Source of the DNA: Nitrospirota bacterium
GTDB taxonomy: Bacteria > Nitrospirota > Thermodesulfovibrionia > Thermodesulfovibrionales > UBA9159
Direction: 5' to 3'
Assembly: GCA_963699545.1 (NCBI GenBank)
Contig: CAVOUE010000005.1
Span: forward strand, 128,001-192,000
DNA length: 64,000 bases
Each line of letters starts with the position of its first letter. The first letter of the stretch is position 1. The notes beneath the pieces were generated by a model, which saw only the letters and a list, made by a program, of their open reading frames with translations, had not been told where the DNA came from and searched no databases. The translations under genes and the position numbers were made by a program. Of this stretch, positions 29,709-37,973 are shown one piece after another.

Positions 29709-30248
29709 TTATGCGTTGTATACGAGCTCGGTCTTTACATTTACCGTTTTACAAATCGTCAATCCCACGGGCGAGAACTGTACGACACGGTCGAAGACCT
29801 TCTTGATCGCTTCCTTGCTCGCGTCGCTCTTGATGTGCACTTTGGCCTTCACGGTATGGTAGCCGGGAAGGTCCTTCAGCCCTTCAAGACCCGAGAGACG
29901 GAGAAAACCCGGCAGATCGATGTGGCCTTCCAGATCAATCTCGATGCTCTTTAATTGTATCCCCTCTAAGGCAGCATTGAGACTCAATCCAACTGTCAGG
30001 CAGGCCCCATAGCAAGCAAGAATTGTTTCATGGGGGCTTATCGCCGTATCAGTACCTGCTACAGCCTCAGGCTCATCAAAGTTCAGAGTGAAGTTCCTGA
30101 GCTTGGCCTCAGACTTCAGTCCGCCTTTCCATTTTGTTTTTGCGGTCCATATCGTCGCCCCTTTCTTGGGATCATCCTTAACGGCATTGACCGTAGCTTT
30201 GAACACCTCAAGATCGACATCATTAACCATTTTGGTTCCAACAGCCAT
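29709..30248 (-). CDS. OsmC-like protein (long form)
   Basis: DEPEAVAGTDTAISPHETILACYGACL..LEGHIDLPGFL..FSPVG; Ser at the usual second Cys position. Confidence 0.85.
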   Translation of the reverse strand: MAVGTKMVNDVDLEVFKATVNAVKDDPKKGATIWTAKTKWKGGLKSEAKLRNFTLNFDEPEAVAGTDTAISPHETILACYGACLTVGLSLNAALEGIQLKSIEIDLEGHIDLPGFLRLSGLEGLKDLPGYHTVKAKVHIKSDASKEAIKKVFDRVVQFSPVGLTICKTVNVKTELVYNA

Positions 30249-30329
30249 GTTTGTTACCTCCTCTTTTTTTGTTTACCATTCGTAACCCCTGCCTTTCACT
30301 GCACTTGCGCCTCGTACCTCCACCTCCTT

Positions 30330-30878
30330 TCAGGGAAAGAAAACGTTTGGTTTCAGTGTCGGATTCACAACCGCTGCGATCCTTCCTATTGAACGAACGC
30401 TGTACTTCTTCCTTATCAGCTTCGACAACTCTTGCAGATCACCGTAATACATCGCCTCGGAGGGACAGTTCTGAACGCACGCAGGTATCCCGCCTTTGGA
30501 TGTCCTGTGAATGCAGAGGGTGCATTTCTGCATCTTCAGGTCCTCACCCATTTGAGGCGCTCCGAAGGGGCACGCCCTGAAGCATTCAACGCACCCAATA
30601 CATAAATCCTTGTTCACCAGCACAATGCCGTCTTCTTCTCTTTTTGATATAGCCTTCGTGGGGCAGACCCTCAGGCACGCAGGGGAACCGCAGTGCATGC
30701 ACGCCATGGGTTTCCAGTGAATCTTCCATTCACCCGCCACCTTGCTTTCGACCTCCATAACCTGTATCCACTTGGGGCCGGGAGGAACGCCGTTTTCGGC
30801 CTTGCACGCTGTTTCACACGCGTGGCAGCCCACGCACCGGAATGTGTCGACAAATATCGCCTTGTGGTGGTTATGCAT
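30330..30878 (-). CDS. DmsB-like 4x[4Fe-4S] electron-transfer subunit
   Basis: CVGCHACETACK, CMHCGSPACLRVCP, CIGCVECFRACP, KCTLC..PACVQNCP. Confidence 0.92.
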   Translation of the reverse strand: MHNHHKAIFVDTFRCVGCHACETACKAENGVPPGPKWIQVMEVESKVAGEWKIHWKPMACMHCGSPACLRVCPTKAISKREEDGIVLVNKDLCIGCVECFRACPFGAPQMGEDLKMQKCTLCIHRTSKGGIPACVQNCPSEAMYYGDLQELSKLIRKKYSVRSIGRIAAVVNPTLKPNVFFP

Positions 30879-33093
30879 GGACCCCCTCCTTTTTTATCTG
30901 CACCAGACAGTTGAAATAGGCAATGGTGTGCCCGTCCCGCTCAAAGTCATACTCCTCCATAATCCCGGCCCCCACGTCCCTGGGCCCTCCTATCAGTTGT
31001 TCAAGCAGGACATTGGCGCTCCCGTTGCTCTTTACCCATATACCGCTGTTCACCTCACATACGCCTGCCTTTATCCTGTTCGTCATCTTTGCGATCACCG
31101 ATATCTCTCCCCTGTCATTGAAAACCTTCACCCTGTCACCGTTCTCTATTCCGCGGTCCACCGCATCCTTTTCGTTGATGAAGATGCTGGGGGGACCTTC
31201 TATCTCCTGAATCTCTTCTATGTTGAACCACTGGCTGTGGGTCCTGTAGGGTGCATGCTGGGAGATGAGCATGAGAGGATATTTCTTGTAGAGGTCCGGA
31301 CGGCTGACGGGACTCTCTGCAGTCTCCTCAAAATGAGGTACAGGATGCCAGTCCCCGGCATATTTTTTCCCCTTTTCGACCATTCCCGTTGAATAGAGCT
31401 CCACCTTTCCGGTTGGGGTATCGAATACCCTGTCGCTCCAGGGGATGCGGGGAGCATACTTTTCCGGAACCCTTATGGGATCGTTGGAAGCAAGGGCATT
31501 CTTTATCGTGCTATGGCTGATATCGTCGGCAAGGAACTCCCTGATCCAGTCAAGCCCTGTATACTCCTTGGGGAAGAACTTTTCGTATCCCATTCTCCGC
31601 CCCAGTTCACACCAGAAGTCGATGTCTGGCTTCGACTCAAAGAGAGGTTCTATCACGGGCATCTGGAGTTGGAGATAGGGATGCCAGTAGGAAGGATGAA
31701 CTCCCCACTGCTCAAACGTATCGCTCGCGGGAAGGACCAGGTCCGCCCAGTCCGTGTCATCAGTCATGAAGAGTTCCATGCTTACGAAGAGCTCGAGTTT
31801 CTTGATGGCTTCCGTCATCCGGTGGACATTCGGATGCTGGCTGATGAGTCCTCCTCTCCAGGAGATGACCGCCTTGAGCGGAGGGTCCTTCGCTTCCCTC
31901 AGCGCAGGGCCGAAGGTGCTTATGTTGATGAGCCTTCTCCTCAGGGTTTTGTGCGGAGCGCCCCTCGGATACATCACCCTCTCGAAGTTAAGAATCCCCT
32001 TATAGGCGAGCAGGTCGAAGTAATTGCAGCTCGCTCCCTCTTTGCCGACATGGCCACATACGGCCGCCAGACAGGAATAGGCCCTCTGGGTCTGATGCCC
32101 GTTCGTGTAACGCTGATGTCCCCATCCCGTCTCCATGTGAGAATGGTACGTTGCGTAAATCTCCGCCGCCTTCGCAATCTTTTCGGGTTCAACCCCTGTG
32201 ACCTTAGCGGCTCTTTCCAACGTCCATTTGGATATTCCCTTCATCAATTCATCAAAGCCGTAGGTATAATTTGCGATGAACTCCTTGTCGTGGAGGTCTT
32301 TCTTCACGATATGGTTGATCATCGCAAGGACCATGGCTGCATCGGTCCCGGGTCTCGGCTGAAGGAACAGATCCGCCTTTGCGGCAATGGGGGTAAGATA
32401 GGAATCGATAACGATAAGGTATGCCCCGCGTTCCAGCGCATCCCACAGGAACGGCAGAGAATGGACGTTGGTGAAGGAAGAATTATGGCCCACAATCATT
32501 ATCACCTCAGCCTTCTTTGACCATAGCTCTATGCTCTGGGTATGCTGCGTGCCCGTGGTAAACGTGGCGCCGGCAAGACCGCTCAGTATGCAGAAACTCC
32601 CCACGAGCTTGGATGAGCCAAACAGGTTCAGGAAACGGCCGGAAAGTGTCTTTGCGAGGAACTCCCTGTTGCCGCTGTACACGTATTCCACGAGGGACTC
32701 TCCGCCCCATTTCTTCTTGCAGTAATCAAGTTTGTCCACAAGAAAATCATAGGCCTCATCCCAGCTCACCCGCTTGAAATCACCCTTCCCTCTTTTGCCG
32801 ACCCTCATCAGTGGATATTTGATCCGGTCTTTATGGTACGTTCTCTGCACATAAGTATTTGCCTTGACACAGAGATGGCCTCTGGTGATGGGGTGGTCGG
32901 GATCGCCCTCGACCTTGAGCATCCTGCCGTCTTTCACGTAGGCAACGACACCGCAGGTATCAAAGCAGTTTCTCGGGCAGATGGTCTTTACCACCTTATC
33001 CACCCTCATCGTGCTACCGTTGACCGTGGTAGTAAGTGCCGGAACAGCTTTTCTCATCTGGTCCCTCCCCTGTGTATTCAAATTTTTATTCAT
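30871..33093 (-). CDS. DMSO-reductase (MopB) superfamily Mo/W-bisPGD oxidoreductase catalytic subunit, no Tat signal
   Basis: TICPRNCFDTC..EGDPDHPITRGHLCVK, PRPGTDAAM, TDDTDWADLVLPA, THSQW..DAVDRGIENGDRVKVFNDRGE. Confidence 0.93.
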   Translation of the reverse strand: MNKNLNTQGRDQMRKAVPALTTTVNGSTMRVDKVVKTICPRNCFDTCGVVAYVKDGRMLKVEGDPDHPITRGHLCVKANTYVQRTYHKDRIKYPLMRVGKRGKGDFKRVSWDEAYDFLVDKLDYCKKKWGGESLVEYVYSGNREFLAKTLSGRFLNLFGSSKLVGSFCILSGLAGATFTTGTQHTQSIELWSKKAEVIMIVGHNSSFTNVHSLPFLWDALERGAYLIVIDSYLTPIAAKADLFLQPRPGTDAAMVLAMINHIVKKDLHDKEFIANYTYGFDELMKGISKWTLERAAKVTGVEPEKIAKAAEIYATYHSHMETGWGHQRYTNGHQTQRAYSCLAAVCGHVGKEGASCNYFDLLAYKGILNFERVMYPRGAPHKTLRRRLINISTFGPALREAKDPPLKAVISWRGGLISQHPNVHRMTEAIKKLELFVSMELFMTDDTDWADLVLPASDTFEQWGVHPSYWHPYLQLQMPVIEPLFESKPDIDFWCELGRRMGYEKFFPKEYTGLDWIREFLADDISHSTIKNALASNDPIRVPEKYAPRIPWSDRVFDTPTGKVELYSTGMVEKGKKYAGDWHPVPHFEETAESPVSRPDLYKKYPLMLISQHAPYRTHSQWFNIEEIQEIEGPPSIFINEKDAVDRGIENGDRVKVFNDRGEISVIAKMTNRIKAGVCEVNSGIWVKSNGSANVLLEQLIGGPRDVGAGIMEEYDFERDGHTIAYFNCLVQIKKEGVHA

Positions 33094-33532
33094 TTTCTCT
33101 TACGAGAGTGTTGCACTCTTCTACTATTTTATAGCCGAAGTTCACATCCGGAGAACCCTCAAGGGTCGCCTTAACGGTGCAGTATTTCTCCATAGAGAGC
33201 TCAATCGCCCTTTTTACCGCAGTTTCAGAAAGGTTATTCCCTTTTACAATGAATTCTATGGTGATCGTCGTAAACCTTTTGGGCCATTCGTCCTCCTTGT
33301 CGCCCTTCACGACGATCTCAAAACCTGTCAGGTCCTGCTTTTTCTTCCTGAGGATCGAGAGCACCGCCATACCTGAACAACTGCCGAGCCCTATCAGGAG
33401 AAGATCGGTCGGCATGAGACCGGCGTTTTTCCCTCCGCCCTCGTTATCACCGTCCATGAATACCACATGCCCCGATGAAGCCTCCCCGACAAACTGAACC
33501 CCATCGAGATATCTCACCCTTGCTTCAACCAT
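33086..33532 (-). CDS. OsmC/YhfA family protein
   Basis: FVGEASSGH..PTDLLLIGLGSCSG..AIELSMEKYCTV (two Cys); RBS AGGAGG. Confidence 0.88.
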   Translation of the reverse strand: MVEARVRYLDGVQFVGEASSGHVVFMDGDNEGGGKNAGLMPTDLLLIGLGSCSGMAVLSILRKKKQDLTGFEIVVKGDKEDEWPKRFTTITIEFIVKGNNLSETAVKRAIELSMEKYCTVKATLEGSPDVNFGYKIVEECNTLVRENE

Positions 33533-33585
33533 ATCTGATCCTCCTTGGCTTATGCGGTTCGTTAAGGTTTCTTGATTACGGAAGG

Positions 33586-33601
33586 AGCAACTTCCGTACC
33601 A
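33586..33601 (-). promoter_or_regulatory. Sigma54 -24/-12 promoter of the 17-gene operon
   Basis: Minus strand TGGTACGGAAGTTGCT (GG-N10-GC), about 53 nt upstream of ATG 33532 and next to a sigma54 activator gene. Confidence 0.8.
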
Positions 33602-33925
33602 CAACACAGTGCGGCTCTGAAAGTCTGCTCTTCGACGATGATTAATTTTCTCTCATAAGGGTGCGGAAAAACAGGCCGCAGTAAGCCTCATGTCCGTCTG
33701 CGAGTGAGGGAAAATTCTATTCCCGAGTCCAGAATAGAGAATACATGTCCCGCGATAAACCCGGCTGATTGATATTCCTCTCTTCCCCTGGGCGTGAAAC
33801 CAGGCTTTTTGGAGCAAGAAGCATGGTAAAATGCGGTACCTTTCCGGGGGCCGGTGTTTTTTTTAGGGAGGAAATGGGAACAAGGTCTTAATATAGGAGG
33901 AAAAATACAGCTACTGCATTATGCA

Positions 33926-35428
33926 TTACGCCTCGATGTCGTACTTTTTCAGCTTCCTCCACAACGTCGTGACGTCTAAGCCGAGAAGACGCGAAGCCTT
34001 GCTCTTGTTGCCGCGCACAAGACCAAGAACCTTCAGAATGTGTTCCCTTTCAATGCTTTCAAGGGACCAGAATTTCCGTACGTCATTGTAGTGCGTGGCG
34101 ATATCGATGGGAAGGTCCTTCTTCTGGATCTCATCAGTTCCAGTAATCACGACTGCCCTCTCTATCGTGTTCTCAAGTTCCCGTATGTTTCCTGGCCATG
34201 AATGGTTTATAAGGATATCTACTGCCTCTTCCGAAATCCTTCTGATATTCTTCCCCATCTTATTTGAGTATTTATTTATGAAATATCTGATAAGTAAAGG
34301 GATATCTTCTATCCTCTCTTTGAGTGGCGGAAGTTCAATTTTAATCACATTCAAGCGGTAATAAAGGTCTTCCCTGAAATCCTTTGCCTTGACGGCTGCT
34401 TCGAGATCCTGGTTTGTGGCGGCGATCATCCTCACATCAACCGTCAGAGGCTGTGTACTGCCGACTTTGAAAAAAGTCTTATCCTGCAAAACCCTTAATA
34501 GTTTTACCTGCAGGTTCTTGCTCATCGCCTCTACTTCATCGAGGAAGATGGTCCCGCCGTCTGCAGCCTCGAAAAGACCCTTCTTGTCGGTATAAGCACC
34601 GGTAAAGGCCCCTTTACGGTATCCAAAGAGTTCGGACTCCAGCAGATTCTCCGGGATCGCCGCACAATTTACAGCAAAGAAGGGCTTGTCTCTTCTGATG
34701 CTGTTATAGTGTATTGCCCTGGCAATAAGTTCTTTGCCGGTGCCGCTTTCTCCGTAAATCAGAATGCTCGACGGGACATCGGTCACTTTCCGTACCATGC
34801 TGAGAACCTCCAGCATCTTTGGGCTGTTCGCAATTATGCCCTCAAAGGAGCAGTACCGCAGATTCTCTTCGGCATTCCTTTTTGTATTCTCAAATAACCG
34901 GGCGTTCTCTATAGCAAGACTGATGGGGACGGTGGCGGCTCTTAAGATATCAATAAGATCATCATCGGGAGTATAAGGAGCAAAGGTAATGACACACAGA
35001 ACGCCGACAACTTTCTCCTTTGACTTCAAAGGGAGACCCGCGTAAAACTCTATTCCGGCCTTCTTTTGTGATTCGCGGGTAAACCGTGGGTCCTCGGACG
35101 CCTTCTCAGGGATAATAATCTCTCTATTGCATTCTGCAATATTTCCGCACATGCATTCGCCAACCTTAACCTTGTTTTCGCAGATATCCCTCACGACGTC
35201 GTCAGAAAGATTCTGATAGGAGACCGGGATCATCTCGAGTGTCTCATTATTGATGACAAATATTACTGCTGAGTCGACCCCCATGAAGGTGATGATTTTC
35301 CCAAGAACATCGTCAAGAATTGTCTTAAGATCGAGGGACTTGCCTACGGTGAGGGCGATATCGTAAAGAATGGAAAGTTTCTTGTTCTGTCTTTCCAGAG
35401 TCTCCGGTAAGGAAAGAAACTCGCTCAT
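33926..35428 (-). CDS. GAF-domain sigma54-dependent transcriptional activator (bEBP)
   Basis: N-terminal GAF; GESGTGKE, ESELFG, GAFTGA, FLDEV, FREDLYYRL, WPGNIREL; Fis-type HTH. Confidence 0.95.
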   Translation of the reverse strand: MSEFLSLPETLERQNKKLSILYDIALTVGKSLDLKTILDDVLGKIITFMGVDSAVIFVINNETLEMIPVSYQNLSDDVVRDICENKVKVGECMCGNIAECNREIIIPEKASEDPRFTRESQKKAGIEFYAGLPLKSKEKVVGVLCVITFAPYTPDDDLIDILRAATVPISLAIENARLFENTKRNAEENLRYCSFEGIIANSPKMLEVLSMVRKVTDVPSSILIYGESGTGKELIARAIHYNSIRRDKPFFAVNCAAIPENLLESELFGYRKGAFTGAYTDKKGLFEAADGGTIFLDEVEAMSKNLQVKLLRVLQDKTFFKVGSTQPLTVDVRMIAATNQDLEAAVKAKDFREDLYYRLNVIKIELPPLKERIEDIPLLIRYFINKYSNKMGKNIRRISEEAVDILINHSWPGNIRELENTIERAVVITGTDEIQKKDLPIDIATHYNDVRKFWSLESIEREHILKVLGLVRGNKSKASRLLGLDVTTLWRKLKKYDIEA

Positions 35429-35447
35429 AGTTCTATTTTAACATCCT

Positions 35448-35463
35448 TGGCATTTTTTTTGCA
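35448..35463 (+). promoter_or_regulatory. Sigma54 -24/-12 promoter upstream of tusA
   Basis: TGGCATTTTTTTTGCA (GG-N10-GC), 51 nt upstream of ATG 35515. Confidence 0.72.
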
Positions 35464-35514
35464 GTCACCTATGGTGACGTATAACGAGAGTCAATTAAGA
35501 TACGGGAGGAAGTT

Positions 35515-35769
35515 ATGGACGAGATGAAAGCAGATGTGATTTTGGACGTCAAGGGGCTAACCTGTCCCATGCCGGTGTTGAAAACGAAGAAGGCGATCGA
35601 CGGAATGGGCTCGGGCCAGACCCTTGAGGTAATAGCCACAGACCCTGCATCAAAAGCTGATATCCCCGCTTTTCTGGGCAGATTGGGGCATGAGCTTGTC
35701 GAGGCAGATGAAAGGGACGGGATATTCTCTTTCTTAATAAAGAAGAACGGTGATGTCCCGAGAAGCTAG
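35515..35769 (+). CDS. tusA: Sulfurtransferase TusA/SirA family
   Basis: LDVKGLTCPMPVLKTKKAI..LEVIATDP..DIP. Confidence 0.9.
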   Translation: MDEMKADVILDVKGLTCPMPVLKTKKAIDGMGSGQTLEVIATDPASKADIPAFLGRLGHELVEADERDGIFSFLIKKNGDVPRS

Positions 35770-35897
35770 GGCAATGCATTTCAGGCATATCATCAAGCGT
35801 GTTGACAATGGACCATGTTCGCACATTGCGTCTCTTGTTGGAGAATCGCTGAGGGTTCACGGACATTGCCGTCCCGGGGAGGATATTTTTTGAGGGG

Positions 35898-35920
35898 CGC
35901 TATGCAATTATTCCATAACG
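35898..35920 (+). promoter_or_regulatory. Putative ModE-binding box
   Basis: Dyad CGCTATG-N9-CATAACG upstream of a ModE-like fragment and Moco genes. Confidence 0.55.
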
Positions 35921-35947
35921 GATCAATTGAGTGGTGTGAGTGGTGGT

Positions 35948-36013
35948 ATGGACATTAAATCAAAGCTCTGGACGGGTGTTGACGGAAAGCCCGTCCCGCA
36001 AGAGCATTCCTGA
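35948..36013 (+). pseudogene. Truncated ModE-like winged-helix regulator relic
   Basis: Reads MDIKSKLWTGVDGKPVPQEHS*, resembling the ModE N-terminal start (M-I-SKLW-E-DG-PV). Confidence 0.45.
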
Positions 36014-36102
36014 AAAAGTTTGAAGCGTTCGAACATGGTATAAATAGTTGATAACAAACTCAATGACATATTCAAGGCGAATGATCTATAGAGGAGGTTT
36101 CT

Positions 36103-37161
36103 ATGTGTGAGATGCCTCATGAAGACCACGGGCCCGGACTAAAGCAAATATCGGTGAAAGAGGCCGTGGGTACAGTCCTCGCCCATGACATTACAGAGAT
36201 ACGACCGGGAGAGTTCAAGGGACGCGCCTTCAGGAAAGGACATGTCATCAGGGAAGACGATGTCTGCCACCTCCAGCGGCTCGGCAAGGAACATCTCTTT
36301 GTGTTGAATATCCTCGATGACGAAATGCACGAAGACGATGCTGCATACGCCCTTGCTAACGCCCTCATGGGAGAAGGAGTGAAGATGAAGGGAGAGCCGA
36401 AAGAAGGGAAGATAACTATCATTGCTGAGAGAGATGGCCTCCTTAAGATCAATAAAGACGCGCTCCTCGCATTCAATATGCTCGGTGATGTCATGTGCGC
36501 AACCCTTCGTAGTAACATGGTTGTGAAAAAGGGACAGATCGTTGCCGGTACCAGAGCGATACCGCTGATAGTAAGAAAAGATCTTGTGCAGGCAGCGGTT
36601 AGAATTGGTGTAGAGACCGGCAAGATTATTCAGGTCAAAGAGATCAGAAAGCCGAAGGCAGGCGTGGTAATCACGGGGAATGAAGTTTACTACGGCAAGA
36701 TCCAGGATGCTTTTTCACCGGTTATAAGGAACAAGATAGAGGCTATCGGCGGTGAGATGATCGGCACATACTACGCGCCTGATGATGAATCATTTATCGA
36801 GGCGAGACTCAGAGAATTGATCCATGCCGGAGCAGATGTGCTCATTACAACTGGGGGCATGTCTGTTGATCCTGATGATGTGACCAGGTTTGCAATCAGG
36901 AATCTTGGAGTGGGAGATATCACTTACGGTTCAGCCGTGCTTCCAGGGGCCATGTTTCTTGTGGCCTATCTCGGAGAGATTCCCGTGCTCGGTATTCCGG
37001 CCTGCGGCATGTACGCAAAAACAACAATCTTTGACCTTATCCTTCCCAGAGTACTTGCTGGTGAGAGGATAGGGAGGAGGGAACTGGCGGAACTGGGGCA
37101 TGGGGGACTATGTATGAAGTGTGATATCTGCAATTATCCGGTTTGTTCTTTTGGAAAATAG
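36103..37161 (+). CDS. Short MoeA-like molybdopterin-binding protein with C-terminal Cys cluster
   Basis: AVGTVLAHDITEI, ITGNEV, TGGMSVDPDDVT, YGSAVLPGAMF, GHGGLCMKCDICNYPVCSFGK. Confidence 0.88.
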   Translation: MCEMPHEDHGPGLKQISVKEAVGTVLAHDITEIRPGEFKGRAFRKGHVIREDDVCHLQRLGKEHLFVLNILDDEMHEDDAAYALANALMGEGVKMKGEPKEGKITIIAERDGLLKINKDALLAFNMLGDVMCATLRSNMVVKKGQIVAGTRAIPLIVRKDLVQAAVRIGVETGKIIQVKEIRKPKAGVVITGNEVYYGKIQDAFSPVIRNKIEAIGGEMIGTYYAPDDESFIEARLRELIHAGADVLITTGGMSVDPDDVTRFAIRNLGVGDITYGSAVLPGAMFLVAYLGEIPVLGIPACGMYAKTTIFDLILPRVLAGERIGRRELAELGHGGLCMKCDICNYPVCSFGK

Positions 37162-37405
37162 CGCGGAACGTTGATTTTTCGATCTGTGAATGTTTGTGTA
37201 CCAGAACTTTTTATACTTGCACTGATCCGGAACCCTTTCGCAACACGGGTAATCCATAGTTATCAGAAATTGAAGCCGTTGAGGACAACGGACGTTCTCG
37301 TGCGGATTTCGGGCGAATGTGACACGTCGAATACTTGCGGCTACACCTCCGCCCTCTTTCCATGACCTCATTGGCTTTTTGCGCACTTCTTTCCCCCTCC
37401 CTTGA

Positions 37406-37433
37406 TTGACAATCCACATTAAAGAAATATAAT
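37406..37433 (+). promoter_or_regulatory. Sigma70-type promoter of the iorAB-xdhC-mocA operon
   Basis: TTGACA-N16-TATAAT, both hexamers perfect. Confidence 0.7.
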
Positions 37434-37502
37434 GAAACACAGGGAAAGAGAGATTAGCGTCCAGCTCTTCCGAAAAGACCGTTTTGAGAAAAGGAGGCAT
37501 CT

Positions 37503-37973
37503 ATGATCTCACTAAATGTGAATGGAAAACAGCATAAGGTCGATGTCAACCCAGAAACGCCGCTTCTTTGGGTAATCAGGGAAACGCTCGGACTGACCGG
37601 CACAAAATATGGCTGCGGAAAGTCGCTCTGCGGCGCCTGCACCGTTCTCATTGACGGAGAGGCCGTTCGTTCGTGCGTTACCCCTGTATCGTCTATCGGA
37701 AAGGGGAAGATCACAACGATCGAGGGTATCACTGATGGCCCGGTTCATCCGGTTCAAAAGGGATGGATCGCTGACGATGTGCCTCAGTGCGGCTACTGCC
37801 AGTCAGGTCAGATCATGCAGGCAGTGGCACTGTTGAAGAAGAAACCCGCGCCGAGTGATGCCGACATAGACGACGCAATGTCAGGTAACATCTGCCGCTG
37901 TGGCACGTATCAGAGGATTCGCAAGGCCATTCACACCGCTTCAAGGATAATGGCGGAAGGAGGCAGGAAATGA
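37503..37973 (+). CDS. Xanthine-oxidase-family small 2x[2Fe-2S] subunit (IorA/CoxS-like)
   Basis: [35 protein letters not shown]. Confidence 0.93.
   Translation: MISLNVNGKQHKVDVNPETPLLWVIRETLGLTGTKYGCGKSLCGACTVLIDGEAVRSCVTPVSSIGKGKITTIEGITDGPVHPVQKGWIADDVPQCGYCQSGQIMQAVALLKKKPAPSDADIDDAMSGNICRCGTYQRIRKAIHTASRIMAEGGRK

Noticed and set aside
30273-30332. TGA stop of the DmsB-like gene followed by 18 open codons: possible selenocysteine read-through
   Set aside because: All four Fe-S motifs are complete before the TGA, it is not at a conserved Cys position, and I see no convincing SECIS hairpin.
33602-33925. Moco/Wco or cobalamin riboswitch upstream of the Mo-enzyme operon
   Set aside because: The region is upstream of the sigma54 promoter and so outside the predicted transcript; no riboswitch consensus recognised. 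An Rfam scan would settle it.
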